A stretch of DNA of 64,000 nt from an uncultured Candidatus Saccharibacteria bacterium (GTDB lineage Bacteria; Patescibacteriota; Minisyncoccia; Phycocordibacterales; CSBR16-119): assembly GCA_964426385.1 (NCBI GenBank), contig CAYRQF010000001.1, positions 102,190 through 166,189 of the forward strand, given 5' to 3'. Shown piece by piece: positions 38,992 to 51,279 of this stretch. The number at the start of each line of letters is the position of its first letter. Within the stretch, counting starts at the first letter, position 1. The position numbers were made by a program, and so were the translations under genes. The notes beneath the pieces are model-generated. The model saw only the letters and a program-made list of their open reading frames with translations, searched no databases and had not been told where the DNA came from.

Positions 38992-39960
38992 CTAGGAGAT
39001 TATTTCCTCCCCCTCTTCTTTAGAGCTCTCAGTCTTAAATTTGCGAAATACGTTAATTGCTTCTTCTAGCAAAACGAGCTTATTGGTCGGATAAGCTTCA
39101 AATATCCTTTTTGCCCTATCTACCATGCTTTGGCTTGGTGAAGCTATTATTCTTTCTACCATCTCATCATATTCATTCTCTAGAGATCTCTTTTTCTCTG
39201 GACTGACATCGAGTTGATTGATCAAACCATAGTTAGCACTTCGAGTAGCCTGGAGTACGATACTCTGATATGTACTGAGAACGTTTTCAAAGCTAGCGGA
39301 CCCATTCAAAACTATTTCACTTTCGAGTAGATCTAGCTGAGCAGCGGTATTCTTGGCACCCTGAGCTCTCAGCTGTGAATTCCTATCGTCATAAGTGTGG
39401 GGTTCTATAAAACCGTCCCCATCTTTCTCTAGATGTCTTTCGATGATCTTGAAACGGAGATTCTTTACACCCTCCTTCGATAGAAGTGATGTAAACAAAT
39501 TATATTTCTGAGTTATGACGATATCCCAAAATAGCGCCTCCATTTCTTCTCGGGTTTGAAGTTCGTCATTTATATTATCCTTGACGCTATCCTTATCGAA
39601 GAATTGTGAGCCAAAATGTTTCCCCTCTGACCGTTCATATTCAACGACACCATGAAAGAAATCGTGCCAAGCGAGCTGTTTGATTGATTCTTGGGTATCT
39701 TCTAGGTCGGCATCTGGACGCTCTTCGTAGTCCTGTTTTACGATCTTCTTTACTAATTCTGGTCCGTACTTGATCAGAGCTTCTTCGAGCTCTCGTTGGT
39801 ACTCTTCTGGTATCTCGGTACCTTTTGGTATCCCAAAGCGAGACAATACGTGTTTATCTTTGACCGTTAACACCTCTCGCGACCACTGTTCGATCGTCTC
39901 ATCAGAAATCACTGTCTTTCCTTCCCTATTATTTCTTGGGGCACCTGATTTGAATTCCAT
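38992..39960 (-). CDS. acidic helical hypothetical protein
   Basis: 322-aa ORF with no recognisable motif. Confidence 0.7.
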   Translation of the reverse strand: MEFKSGAPRNNREGKTVISDETIEQWSREVLTVKDKHVLSRFGIPKGTEIPEEYQRELEEALIKYGPELVKKIVKQDYEERPDADLEDTQESIKQLAWHDFFHGVVEYERSEGKHFGSQFFDKDSVKDNINDELQTREEMEALFWDIVITQKYNLFTSLLSKEGVKNLRFKIIERHLEKDGDGFIEPHTYDDRNSQLRAQGAKNTAAQLDLLESEIVLNGSASFENVLSTYQSIVLQATRSANYGLINQLDVSPEKKRSLENEYDEMVERIIASPSQSMVDRAKRIFEAYPTNKLVLLEEAINVFRKFKTESSKEEGEEIIS

Positions 39961-39973
39961 ATATTTATTACTA

Positions 39974-40291
39974 CTAACATCCTGACGCTAGTGTCAGACC
40001 CTCTTTTTGGGCTTCCTCTACCGTCATGAAATAAACGCGATTTTCGGACTTGATCCTAGAAGCGCTTTTACAGCCAATTGGATAATATCTAGTTCCGCTT
40101 TTGGACGCCAGATAATTAAACTTAGATTCGTCTAACTCAAGCCTTGCGAGCTCAGGAACGATGACGCTAGCCATTCCGTTAGCCTTCTCAGTCTCTAGGA
40201 CCGATAGTCTACCTAGTCCAAAAGATGCAGTGGAGGCCAGAATTATGACAAGAGCGAGGAGTATAGTTTTCTTATCAAAATTCTGCTGCAT
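39974..40291 (-). CDS. membrane-anchored protein with Ada metal-binding-like domain
   Basis: ASKSGTRYY...C...RIK.ENRVYF....EA...G....C. Confidence 0.75.
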   Translation of the reverse strand: MQQNFDKKTILLALVIILASTASFGLGRLSVLETEKANGMASVIVPELARLELDESKFNYLASKSGTRYYPIGCKSASRIKSENRVYFMTVEEAQKEGLTLASGC

Positions 40292-40294
40292 AAA

Positions 40295-41086
40295 TTACTC
40301 GCTTAGATATTTAGGATCGATGATACTGCCTAGCTCAGACTTCATATCGATCGAGATGTCGACAACACCCGTTGCCCATGGTCCTACCTGATATGGCTGG
40401 AAGATTATATGGAGCATTCCTTCGCTATCGGTGTAGAAAGTGCTGAAATTTTCTGTGATTGGTGCTGTTCCTTCCTCCATCCACGAACTGACATTTTCTG
40501 CAAGCTTTTCTTGTAATTTCACGCGGGAGATTCTCGAAAGTTCGGACAAGTAATTTGTTTCAGGCTGGAATACATCTCCTATCGTTATACGCTGACCAGC
40601 GTCGTTATAGTTGATGCTCCTTATATAGTGATTTCCATGAGCGCCACCTGTATAGGTGGAGAAGTCCAGCACGATACTGTGCAACCCTTCCCCTTCATTT
40701 ATTTCATAAGAACCGTCGAAAGTATATTTGTATCCGAACTCTTTAATACGATTTTTCTCCTCAATCGGGAAATTATCAAAATTGATATCTTTCTTGAATT
40801 GTCTAAGCTCTCCTTCGACAATGTCCTCTACCTCATCACTAAGCTTCTTGTTATCAAAAAATGGATAGACGATATTTACTATCAAAAATTCATTTTCCTC
40901 CTTAATTTCCTTGTCTCCGAAGCTGTCATATAACGCCACAGGCTTTTGGTCTTCTGCCGGGACCAACGGAGAGGTATCCTCTAGAGGCTCGGGACTTGTC
41001 TCATACTCTCCTACCCTATTAGTAAAATACATATATCCGATAACACCGAGAAGCAATATAACCACGATTATTAGGGCTTTTTTCAT
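40295..41086 (-). CDS. DUF3298/RsiV/PdaC-like exported protein
   Basis: YTGGAHG and FQPYQVGPWATG motifs. Confidence 0.85.
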   Translation of the reverse strand: MKKALIIVVILLLGVIGYMYFTNRVGEYETSPEPLEDTSPLVPAEDQKPVALYDSFGDKEIKEENEFLIVNIVYPFFDNKKLSDEVEDIVEGELRQFKKDINFDNFPIEEKNRIKEFGYKYTFDGSYEINEGEGLHSIVLDFSTYTGGAHGNHYIRSINYNDAGQRITIGDVFQPETNYLSELSRISRVKLQEKLAENVSSWMEEGTAPITENFSTFYTDSEGMLHIIFQPYQVGPWATGVVDISIDMKSELGSIIDPKYLSE

Positions 41087-41176
41087 ACCTTGATTATACA
41101 ATACCCGGGCGGGTATTGCATATTTCGGGCTTTTACCATATAATTCAGCCCGTTAATCATTTATTTATAAAGCACT

Positions 41177-41455
41177 ATGGCACATAGAAAAGCCGGCGGA
41201 ACAGCTCGAAATTTAAGAGATTCTAACCCAAAATACCTTGGGGTTAAGGTTGCAGATGGGCAGGTTGCCGAGGCTGGTGCTATCATCGTGCGACAGAGAG
41301 GAACAAAATTCATGCCTGGAAACAACACTGATATGGGTAAGGATCACACTATTCACGCCCTAAAGAAAGGCACAGTGAAGCTAGGAAATGCTAGAAAAGT
41401 CGGGTTCGACAATCGCACAACTAGCAGGAAAATCGTTCACATCGTAACTAAATAA
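41177..41455 (+). CDS. rpmA: 50S ribosomal protein L27
   Basis: MAHRKAGG...[19 protein letters not shown]. Confidence 0.97.
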   Translation: MAHRKAGGTARNLRDSNPKYLGVKVADGQVAEAGAIIVRQRGTKFMPGNNTDMGKDHTIHALKKGTVKLGNARKVGFDNRTTSRKIVHIVTK

Positions 41456-41486
41456 TCTCCTAAGAATAAAACCCCATATCGGGGTT

Positions 41487-41924
41487 TTATTCTTTGTCTA
41501 TGGAAACGTGCAGGGTCAGTCCATCAGTATTTTTAATTGGGATCTCTACTTCCCCGAGCTTCTTGATATGACTGAAAAGCTCGAGATCTTTTTCCTCTAG
41601 GTTAATTCCTTTTTCTTTGAGTACCGATAAGATGTCTTTCAGAGTAACGCTCGAGAACAGGTGACCCTCATCGTTTGCCTTTTTCTTGATAGATAGTGTG
41701 AAGTCACGGGTCAGACTGACCGCCTCGCGAAACTCCTTGGTCCCCTTCTCTATCTTCTGCTCCTTCATACGTAGTCGTTCTGATAGTGCAGAGAGTGCCT
41801 TGGCAGATGCCTCTACGGCAAGCTTCTGTGGGATAAGGAAGTTCCTAGCATGACCCTCGTTTACGTCTTTTACCTCGTCCTTGAGTCCCAGCTTCTTTAC
41901 ATTCTGGAGGAAAATTACTTTCAT
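41487..41924 (-). CDS. rplI: 50S ribosomal protein L9
   Basis: MKVIFLQNVKKLG...GHARNFLIP. Confidence 0.95.
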   Translation of the reverse strand: MKVIFLQNVKKLGLKDEVKDVNEGHARNFLIPQKLAVEASAKALSALSERLRMKEQKIEKGTKEFREAVSLTRDFTLSIKKKANDEGHLFSSVTLKDILSVLKEKGINLEEKDLELFSHIKKLGEVEIPIKNTDGLTLHVSIDKE

Positions 41925-41926
41925 GA

Positions 41927-43135
41927 TTATTTCTTATTTAATATCTTAACGGCTTCCGCGAACTGAGTGTCTACTCCATCCTTCGTGAACTTCTCTTGGT
42001 CAAATTCGACGATGACGTCAGGGGTGAGGCCCTGCTTCGATATAGAGGTACCGTTAGGTGTCTGCCACTCCGCGATAGTTAGCTTGAGCGACGTCTTGTC
42101 CCCCATCGGGATAAGTTCCTGGACAGAGCCCTTGCCGAACGTCTGCGTACCAACAAGTGTCGCAACTCCGTGTTCCTGCAGAGCACCGGCCATAATCTCG
42201 GATGCTGAAGCGGAACCTTCGTTCACTAGTATCACAACTTTGTACTTCTCTGTCAGATAATGACCTTTGGCTTTGTAAACGGCATTGTCAGCTTCATTTG
42301 TTGATTTCTCATTAACTATGACAGTGCCCGCTGGCAAGAACCAGCTACTGATATTCACCGCAGCGGAGAGATACCCACCTGGGTTATTTCGCAAATCGAT
42401 GATGAGCTTCTCAGACCCAGACTCCTTGAAACTTGTTATAGCTTTTTCAAATTCTGCTGTTGCAGTCTCACCGAAGCTGAAGAAATTGATGACGAAGATT
42501 TTATCTTTGTCGAGGTACTCTGTCTCAATGGTTGGAAGCTTTATGACCTCGCGGGTGATAGAAATCACTTTCGCCTCTGGTAGACCCTCTCTTGCTACTG
42601 CGATAACAACCTCTGTATTGGCTTCACCTCGGATCAGCTTTACGGCAGCATCGATATCGAGCCCTGTTGCGACCGTATCGTCGATTTTCAGAATCTTGTC
42701 ACCTGCCATCACTCCAGCCCTCTCTGCTGGGGAGTCCTTGAGAGGTGCGATAACAGTCAGGATATCGTCACGGACACCTACTTCCATACCGACGCCAGAG
42801 AACTGGCCCTTGAGATCAATATTAAGATTCTCTGTATCTTCTGGTGGTAAAAATACTGAGTACGGGTCATTTAGCGAGTCTACGAGTCCTGAAGTCGCTG
42901 CCCAGACTTTTTCCTTGGCAGTAATAACATTGCCATCAGGGTGACGTTCCTCGATGAGTCTCCAAGCATCCCAAAGTCCTGTGAAATCAGCATCTTCCGC
43001 GATGTCGTCGGGTATAACCCTACTGCCACCGATACCCTGGCCCGAGACACTGTTGCCGTTGGCACCGATGTACATACCCGCAGATAGTGCCACCAGGATG
43101 ACTAACGTCATTATAATTATTCTCTGTGTTTTCAT
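41927..43135 (-). CDS. S41 carboxy-terminal protease with PDZ domain
   Basis: IDLRNNPGG, SASASEI and TFGKGSVQ motifs. Confidence 0.93.
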   Translation of the reverse strand: MKTQRIIIMTLVILVALSAGMYIGANGNSVSGQGIGGSRVIPDDIAEDADFTGLWDAWRLIEERHPDGNVITAKEKVWAATSGLVDSLNDPYSVFLPPEDTENLNIDLKGQFSGVGMEVGVRDDILTVIAPLKDSPAERAGVMAGDKILKIDDTVATGLDIDAAVKLIRGEANTEVVIAVAREGLPEAKVISITREVIKLPTIETEYLDKDKIFVINFFSFGETATAEFEKAITSFKESGSEKLIIDLRNNPGGYLSAAVNISSWFLPAGTVIVNEKSTNEADNAVYKAKGHYLTEKYKVVILVNEGSASASEIMAGALQEHGVATLVGTQTFGKGSVQELIPMGDKTSLKLTIAEWQTPNGTSISKQGLTPDVIVEFDQEKFTKDGVDTQFAEAVKILNKK

Positions 43136-43167
43136 GATTATTTATTGTTTATAACCGTATTATAACA

Positions 43168-44331
43168 CTATTCTGGTAGGAGCGCCTTTTTCGTATAGAC
43201 GTTCTTCGGGTCCCAAATAAGCCACGAATCTAGCCCTGCATCATACGTAGCATCTATCTGTGCACGGACCATCTCGGCAGTATATGTGGCCCCCAGGTTA
43301 AAATCCTGGAGCCACGGACGAAGCTTCGTCGGGTCTTCACCCATAGCTACTAGTCTCGCACTCGCTTTATCCATGGTTATCTTGATCACGTCATATGGAT
43401 TCTCAGCCGGGTTTGCATAACCGTTCCATGTATCAGGGAAATGTGACGGGTAAACCATCGGGTCGATAAAATCAAAATACGGTGCAGCTTTCTCTAGAAC
43501 CTGACCGATACCCAAATCGTCAGTGTTCGTTGTAACCATACCGAATAGATTTACTGATGTTGGGATCGGATTATCTACGGAACGTAACTTCGAATCAACA
43601 TATTTGAAAAATGACTCGAGCACTTCTGGCTTATCTTTCCCTTCACTCATCGGATAATATATGTCTTTCATGTTCCCGTCTGATGGAAAGCGTATATAGT
43701 CGAAGTTAATCTCGTCGAACCCAACTGCATATGACTCCTCGGCGAGAGCGATGACATAGTCCCAGACTTTCGTAGAGCCTGCATCGAACCACCCGAGACC
43801 CTTTCTATCGGCCCAAAGTTTATCATGACTAGTAGCGGTCTTCACCGCCTCACTTGGCCATTTTTTAATGAGGTATGGATCCTGGAATGTTGAGATGCGG
43901 CCTATGACATAAATATTCTTATCGTGTAGGGTCTCTATCAGACCTCTAATGTCAGATATACGACTCTCAGATGAACCGAGACTTTTGAATGGCTCATTCT
44001 CGATAACGAACGAGACTTTGCCCGTATCATCCTTGATATCGAGAACAACGGCATTGACCTCTGTATCGTCTATTATCTTGATGACTCTATCTCGGATACT
44101 CGGAGTACCGGCGACCCAGCTTGTCATATATATGGCTTTGACTGCATCAGGGGTTGGTATATGTCGTACCGAATTCCCGGTGTCAGGAAGCTTGATGATA
44201 GCGCCATCTACAAAAGAGTCCTCTACTTCTGCATTCACACTAGTCTGACGGTGAGGTGCATAGAAATATATCCCAACCAATACAAAAATACCGATCGTAA
44301 CTATCGTGATATTTTTGTGAGTGAGGTACAT
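43168..44331 (-). CDS. putative glycoside hydrolase (DUF4015)
   Basis: GFDEINFDYIRFP, PMVYPSH and RPWLQDF motifs. Confidence 0.85.
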   Translation of the reverse strand: MYLTHKNITIVTIGIFVLVGIYFYAPHRQTSVNAEVEDSFVDGAIIKLPDTGNSVRHIPTPDAVKAIYMTSWVAGTPSIRDRVIKIIDDTEVNAVVLDIKDDTGKVSFVIENEPFKSLGSSESRISDIRGLIETLHDKNIYVIGRISTFQDPYLIKKWPSEAVKTATSHDKLWADRKGLGWFDAGSTKVWDYVIALAEESYAVGFDEINFDYIRFPSDGNMKDIYYPMSEGKDKPEVLESFFKYVDSKLRSVDNPIPTSVNLFGMVTTNTDDLGIGQVLEKAAPYFDFIDPMVYPSHFPDTWNGYANPAENPYDVIKITMDKASARLVAMGEDPTKLRPWLQDFNLGATYTAEMVRAQIDATYDAGLDSWLIWDPKNVYTKKALLPE

Positions 44332-44625
44332 CTATAAATTAAAATTATCATTTTTCTCGGGTGCTTTCTTCACGAAGACGAACCCACTTGTGTCTACTGG
44401 AACCTCTTTCTTGGCGAGTGGTGGCATAGGAGATACAGAGACTTTCTTTGTAGCAGGTTTTCTAACTACTTTTTTCTTACGGTCGAAATATAAGGTGTAG
44501 GCGAATATCATAATAATGAGTCCGAGAATAAGTAGACTGATCCTCTCTACAAGGTTCGGGAATCCTAAATGTGGCAATACCATGACGAGTATCGCTATGA
44601 TGAAAAGTGTTTTCTCTCGAGTCAT
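44332..44625 (-). CDS. small membrane protein
   Basis: Two TM helices, including LPHLGFP. Confidence 0.7.
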   Translation of the reverse strand: MTREKTLFIIAILVMVLPHLGFPNLVERISLLILGLIIMIFAYTLYFDRKKKVVRKPATKKVSVSPMPPLAKKEVPVDTSGFVFVKKAPEKNDNFNL

Positions 44626-44735
44626 TACTTACAAAATATCTATTAATAGAGCCATTATAACGCTATAGTTTCAAAAGTACCTGTTGATTAGACAAATCTA
44701 GAATAATATGTATAATCATTTCCGAATCTAACCAC

Positions 44736-44933
44736 ATGCCGAGGCAGCAACTTCCTGCTAATTGGCTGGCATTCGGGACCTTGCTTATCACAGGACTCCT
44801 GTTACTCGGAGTATTTGCAGTCATGGCTGCAAAAGAGAACATCAAGGCTTTAGACCAGACGCCTTGGTGGAACATACTATCCGCCGATGAAGCCCCCAAA
44901 AGGGGCTTTGTCTATTGTGCTAAGAGACTATAA
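44736..44933 (+). CDS. small orphan membrane protein
   Basis: TAGACA-16-TATAAT upstream and one TM helix. Confidence 0.45.
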   Translation: MPRQQLPANWLAFGTLLITGLLLLGVFAVMAAKENIKALDQTPWWNILSADEAPKRGFVYCAKRL

Positions 44934-45600
44934 CCACAAACTCCCCTCTAACCTTGTCCTGATTTTTATTGAAATACTCGAGGACCTCCGTTGCTGATCC
45001 CGAGACAGTTTCTTCGAACATTTTTGTCAGCTCCCGAGCGATGACAACTTTCTTCGTTTCCGGTAAATGTTTGGCGAGAGATTCCAAAGTTTTTTCTATT
45101 CGATGAGGTGACTCATAAAACACTGACGTTCTTTCACTTTCGGAAATTTCTTTGAATATTGTTTCCCTACCCTTCTTGTGTGGGAGGAATCCATAGAATG
45201 TAAATTGCGGACTTGGGATACCGCTGATAGATAGTGCGGCGGTTAGTGCTGAGGCTCCTGGGATAGCAACTATCTTCACATCGGGGAGATCTCTTTTGAT
45301 CATCTCGATAAGCATTACCCCGGGGTCAGATATAGTCGGCGTGCCGGCATCAGAAACTAGTGCGAGAGACTTCCCTTCACTGAGCATCTCGAGTATCTTG
45401 TCATGCTTTGAAAGTTTTGACTGCGCGTGATAGCTCATGGTTCCCGTACCGATCATATAGTGGTCTAGGAGGTTTCTAGTGACACGGGTATCCTCACACA
45501 GCACCAAATCAACGCTTTTCAGCGTCTCTATGGCTCTGTGAGTCATGTCACCCATATTCCCTATCGGTGTGGCGACAACATATAAAATCCCGTTTTGCAT
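44920..45600 (-). CDS. rsmI: 16S rRNA C1402 2'-O-methyltransferase
   Basis: VATPIGN, CEDTR, SDAGTPTISDPG, YESPHR and RELTKMFE motifs. Confidence 0.95.
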   Translation of the reverse strand: MQNGILYVVATPIGNMGDMTHRAIETLKSVDLVLCEDTRVTRNLLDHYMIGTGTMSYHAQSKLSKHDKILEMLSEGKSLALVSDAGTPTISDPGVMLIEMIKRDLPDVKIVAIPGASALTAALSISGIPSPQFTFYGFLPHKKGRETIFKEISESERTSVFYESPHRIEKTLESLAKHLPETKKVVIARELTKMFEETVSGSATEVLEYFNKNQDKVRGEFVVIVS

Positions 45601-45670
45601 GAGAAATATAATACTTGACTTTTCGTATTTTGTCTAGTACAATACACTCAAACTTTACACACCCACCGTC

Positions 45671-46069
45671 ATGAACCCAGTCAGAACTGTTGGAATTTTC
45701 GGACTCATAGCTGGTGCGATCGGCGGACTGATACTTATCTCCGGACTGCTTTTTAGCGGACCGTCAGGTCCAGAAAGCGATCCAAAGATGAGAAGCCCGA
45801 TGAGAATGGACCTCTATCACTTCGAAGCGAAGCTGGTTGATCAACCCGATAAACACAAGCTTCTTCAGTGGAGTGCTGTCCCCTTGAGTGATCATTGGAC
45901 AGACACCCTGCTCATCGATTTTGATTACGGCCCTGGCATTGCTGATCAGCAAGAAGGAGATGTTGTCTGGCTGGTGTCTGAATACAACGCCCAAACCCAG
46001 ACATGGGACTATTGGACCGCAGAGCACTGGAAGCAAATTCGTCTCCCAGACAGGAAAACTTGGAGATAG
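45671..46069 (+). CDS. orphan membrane-anchored protein
   Basis: TTGACT-17-TACAAT promoter; terminator at 46077-46115. Confidence 0.65.
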   Translation: MNPVRTVGIFGLIAGAIGGLILISGLLFSGPSGPESDPKMRSPMRMDLYHFEAKLVDQPDKHKLLQWSAVPLSDHWTDTLLIDFDYGPGIADQQEGDVVWLVSEYNAQTQTWDYWTAEHWKQIRLPDRKTWR

Positions 46070-46129
46070 CATCTACGCACCCCTCAGAGGAAAGCACCTC
46101 ATCTGGGGTGTTTTTCATTTAGCTAAAAA

Positions 46130-46552
46130 TTATTTTCTCCACTTCTTACCTACATTTATACGATTGAGTTCTTTTTCCATCGCGCTCTGGATGCGAGCGT
46201 AGTCGACATCGGCGACGTTCTGTTCCATCTTCATCGCATCTTGTGCGCGTTTATAAGCATCCTCTGCACGAGAGACGTCGATGTCATGAGCTAGTTCTCC
46301 TCGCTCTGCGAGGATGACGATGGTGTTACCATCGCGGACTTCAAGTATCCCGCCAGAAACTGCGAGTCCAAGTGTCGTCCCGTCTTTGATGAGGTGCGCC
46401 TCGCCAGTCTTGATGGGTGCGATGAGTGGAACGTGTCCGGGTAGAACCGTGATTACACCCTCCTTGGTCGGGATAGTGACAGACGAAATACCAGTGCCGT
46501 CGTACACTATCCTATCTGGCGTAATGATTTTTAATTCAAGAGTGTTATTCAT
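46130..46552 (-). CDS. atpC: F1 ATP synthase epsilon
   Basis: IITPDR and ITVLPGHVPLI motifs; operon position. Confidence 0.95.
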   Translation of the reverse strand: MNNTLELKIITPDRIVYDGTGISSVTIPTKEGVITVLPGHVPLIAPIKTGEAHLIKDGTTLGLAVSGGILEVRDGNTIVILAERGELAHDIDVSRAEDAYKRAQDAMKMEQNVADVDYARIQSAMEKELNRINVGKKWRK

Positions 46553-46588
46553 ATTCCTTTTCTACATACTACTCACTACCAACTCGTC

Positions 46589-47989
<1,401 letters not shown>

Positions 47990-48889
47990 TTAGTTACTAA
48001 GTTGTGCACTAGCCCCTCCGACGATCTCTGATATCTCCTGCGTAATGGCTGCTTGACGAGCTTGGTTATAGTAGAGCGTCAGGTCAGATAGTATCTCTCC
48101 GGCGTTATCGTTCGCGTTCTTCATCGCGAACATTCTGGCTGAGTGTTCCGATGCCTGAGCTTCCTGGAAGGCATGGAATACAGCGAGAGCAACTGACTGC
48201 GGAACTAACTGGTCGAGAATACTTTGCATGTCCGGCTCAAATTTATATTCTCGCATATCCTTGCTCGGAGTTGTGCCATCTACGCCGGTATCTAATAAGA
48301 AGTTCGAGTAGAGATTCGGCACGATCGGAATGAGTTGCATCATGAACGGTTTGTAACTCATGGCTGACTTCCACTCGGTGTAGAGAACCGAGACCTTGTC
48401 ATAATCCTCCGATTTGAACTTCTCGATTATCATGTCTCGTATGATCAGGAACTCATCTGACGAAGTCTTCTCGGAAAAAGTGACGAAACTCGCGACAATG
48501 TTTAGTCCGTGACGACGTGCAGACTTCTCTGACTGCTTGCCGATAGTTATGGTATCTACTTTACCAACTGACTTTTTCTTATATTCAAGTAGGGCTTTAG
48601 AAATATTCGTGTTGTATGAACCGGCCAGACCCTTGTTCGAAGAGATTACGATAATCAGTTCATTACCGGAAACCTTCTCTTTGGCTCCAAATAACTGGTG
48701 TTCAATATTGGGCTGCTTAGAGATGTGCGACATGAGTTCTATCATGTATGTCGAGTATGCCTTACCACGACTGTTCATCTCAGTAGACTTCTTCATTTTC
48801 GCAACCGAAACCATCTCCATCGTTTTGGTGATTTTCTTGATATTACCGATAGATTTCATTTTCTGCCTGATGGCTTTGGTGTCTGGCAT
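47990..48889 (-). CDS. atpG: F1 ATP synthase gamma
   Basis: KITKTMEMVS, ASEHSARM and RQAAITQEISEI motifs. Confidence 0.97.
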   Translation of the reverse strand: MPDTKAIRQKMKSIGNIKKITKTMEMVSVAKMKKSTEMNSRGKAYSTYMIELMSHISKQPNIEHQLFGAKEKVSGNELIIVISSNKGLAGSYNTNISKALLEYKKKSVGKVDTITIGKQSEKSARRHGLNIVASFVTFSEKTSSDEFLIIRDMIIEKFKSEDYDKVSVLYTEWKSAMSYKPFMMQLIPIVPNLYSNFLLDTGVDGTTPSKDMREYKFEPDMQSILDQLVPQSVALAVFHAFQEAQASEHSARMFAMKNANDNAGEILSDLTLYYNQARQAAITQEISEIVGGASAQLSN

Positions 48890-48892
48890 TTC

Positions 48893-50392
48893 TTATTTCT
48901 TACTCGTCTTCTTGAAAACTTCGAGTGCTTTGGCGAGCTCTGCTTTCGTCTCATCTGTCCAATCTGCGCGGATAGCTTCGAGAAGCTTCGGCTGTGTCGT
49001 ACGCATAAAGTTATGGATCTCTGTCTCAGTCGCAGTCACCGCAGATATCTCAACGTCGTCGAATACTCCGGAGTTAAGTGCGACGATAGATACAACTTGC
49101 TGTGCAACCGGAAGTGGTGAGTACTGTCCCTGCTTTAGGAGCTCTGTTGCTCGCTTACCTCTCTCAATAGTTCTCTTCGTATCAGGATCGAGGTCAGAGT
49201 CAAACTGGGCGAATGACTCGAGTTCTCGATACTGGGCCATGGCGAGCTTGAGTGGGCCGGCGTTCTTCTTCATAGACTTGATCTGTGCAGATCCTCCGAC
49301 GCGAGAAACGGATAGTCCGGCGTTGATAGCAGGACGCACGCCCTTGTAGAAGAGACTCGTCTCGAGGAAAATCTGTCCGTCAGTAATAGAAATGACGTTC
49401 GTTGGGATGTATGCAGAGATATCTCCAGCGAGAGTTTCGATGATTGGGAGCGCTGTGATAGATCCACCACCAGATTTCTCATTACGGCGACATGCTCGCT
49501 CTAGTAGACGTGAGTGCAGATAGAAGACGTCTCCAGGGTATGCCTCGCGCCCTGGTGGACGGCGAAGGAGAAGAGAGATTTCTCGATATGCGATAGCGTG
49601 CTTTGATAGATCATCGTATACGATGAGAACGTCCTCGCCTTTGTCCATAAAATATTCGGCAATAGACACACCAGAGTAAGGTGCGAGGTATAGCATAGCT
49701 GGTGAGTCTGATGCGGCAGCAGAGACGACGACAGTGTAATCCATAGCGCCAGCTTCGGCGAGACGGGATACTATTCGTGCGACTTTGGACTGCTTCTGAC
49801 CGATAGCGACATAAACACACTTTATGCCCTCACCTTTTTGGTTGATGATGGTGTCGATAGCGATAGCTGTTTTACCAGTTTGACGGTCACCGATAATGAG
49901 CTCACGCTGACCACGGCCGACTGGTATCATGGCGTCGATAGCTTTGATACCAGTCTGTAGAGGCTGACCAACAGGTTCGCGGGACATGACTCCAGGAGCG
50001 ATCTTCTCCACGAGTACACGCTTCGTCGCCTTTATAGCGCCTTTGCCGTCTATCTCCTCACCGAGTGGATTCACAACGCGTCCGACGATACTGTCAGACA
50101 CAGGAATAGAGAGAATCTCTTTGGTGCGTGTCACTGACTCGCCCTCACGGATAGCCTTGAACTCTCCGAGGATAATAACTCCAATAAAGTCCTCTTCGAG
50201 ATTGAGAGCGAGACCTGTTGCACCCGACTCGAATTTCAAAAGTTCTGAGGCTTGGACTTCGGGTAGACCGGCAACCTTGGCGATGCCGTCAGATATGGAA
50301 ACAACCACACCGATTTCTTTCTCGACAACTCCTGGCTCAAAGCCAGAAATTTTTGATTTTAAATTTTCGATTAATGATTTTACGTCTTTCAT
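48893..50392 (-). CDS. atpA: F1 ATP synthase alpha
   Basis: GDRQTGKT and [13 protein letters not shown] motifs. Confidence 0.98.
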   Translation of the reverse strand: MKDVKSLIENLKSKISGFEPGVVEKEIGVVVSISDGIAKVAGLPEVQASELLKFESGATGLALNLEEDFIGVIILGEFKAIREGESVTRTKEILSIPVSDSIVGRVVNPLGEEIDGKGAIKATKRVLVEKIAPGVMSREPVGQPLQTGIKAIDAMIPVGRGQRELIIGDRQTGKTAIAIDTIINQKGEGIKCVYVAIGQKQSKVARIVSRLAEAGAMDYTVVVSAAASDSPAMLYLAPYSGVSIAEYFMDKGEDVLIVYDDLSKHAIAYREISLLLRRPPGREAYPGDVFYLHSRLLERACRRNEKSGGGSITALPIIETLAGDISAYIPTNVISITDGQIFLETSLFYKGVRPAINAGLSVSRVGGSAQIKSMKKNAGPLKLAMAQYRELESFAQFDSDLDPDTKRTIERGKRATELLKQGQYSPLPVAQQVVSIVALNSGVFDDVEISAVTATETEIHNFMRTTQPKLLEAIRADWTDETKAELAKALEVFKKTSKK

Positions 50393-50395
50393 ATA

Positions 50396-50779
50396 TTATT
50401 TCATCAGTATGGTTTTTAACTCCCGAAGTTGCCCCTTGATCGACCCGTCGTACTCCTTGCCTCTATACCGTATCAAAAATCCACCTATTAAACTGTTGTC
50501 ATACGTTACGACGACACTGTCCTCAGGTCTCTTCATTATGATCTTTTCGATATCTTTCATGGCAGAAGGTTTCAGCTCGTGAGAAAGTGTGACACTCGCG
50601 GTTTCTAGTTTATCGAGCTCGATACTTTTGCGTTCGAGTGACTCTATAATCATAGGCAACATCGGAGTAAGATGATTCTCTTTGAGAAATCTAAGCAAGT
50701 CATCCACTACAGTTGGTGTAGACTTGTTTGACCTTGCGAGCTGTGTCAGAGCCTCTGCGATTTGCCTAGAGCTTATCAT
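50396..50779 (-). CDS. atpH: F1 ATP synthase delta (short)
   Basis: DNSLIGGF...YDGSIKGQL; operon position. Confidence 0.85.
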   Translation of the reverse strand: MISSRQIAEALTQLARSNKSTPTVVDDLLRFLKENHLTPMLPMIIESLERKSIELDKLETASVTLSHELKPSAMKDIEKIIMKRPEDSVVVTYDNSLIGGFLIRYRGKEYDGSIKGQLRELKTILMK

Positions 50780-51273
50780 TTCGATGCAACACTACTGTGT
50801 ATCATGGCTTCAACTTTTTTTGCGTCTACCTCTTCTTTGAGAATCTTCTCTAGACCCGTCATGATTAGCTCCACAGAGCGCGCCTTGACCTGAGCTGCGT
50901 GTTGTTCAGCCAACGCCTCTATATCCCTCATAGCATTCTCCTTGATAGCTCTAGAGGCGAGCTCGGCATCAACTTTTGCCGCCTCTATAATCTCAGACTT
51001 CAAAGCCTCTGCTCCCACAAGCATACCTTTTACCTCCATGTGACCATCGGTTAGGATCCTCTCCTTCTCGTGGCCCGCCATCATGAGTTCAGTCTTTGCT
51101 TTCTGTGCGTCGTCGAGACCTGCTTGGATCTTTTCTCGGCGCTCGCGGATAGCGTCACCAATCTTTCTGAAGACGACTTTTCTAAGTAGGAAATAAATGA
51201 TAAGGAAATTTACTAAGTTGGCCAAAGCAACTTTCCAATCAAAACCTAGTTTTCCTAGTACTTCCTCTATCAT
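50776..51273 (-). CDS. atpF: F0 subunit b
   Basis: NLVNFLII...ERREKI..GL. Confidence 0.9.
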   Translation of the reverse strand: MIEEVLGKLGFDWKVALANLVNFLIIYFLLRKVVFRKIGDAIRERREKIQAGLDDAQKAKTELMMAGHEKERILTDGHMEVKGMLVGAEALKSEIIEAAKVDAELASRAIKENAMRDIEALAEQHAAQVKARSVELIMTGLEKILKEEVDAKKVEAMIHSSVASK

Positions 51274-51279
51274 AGATAT

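Noticed and set aside
45671-45690. MNPVR start (and CTAACGGAATG at ~37858) as relics of the 120-bp element
   Set aside because: Only short half-matches with no partner arm or direct repeat; could be chance.
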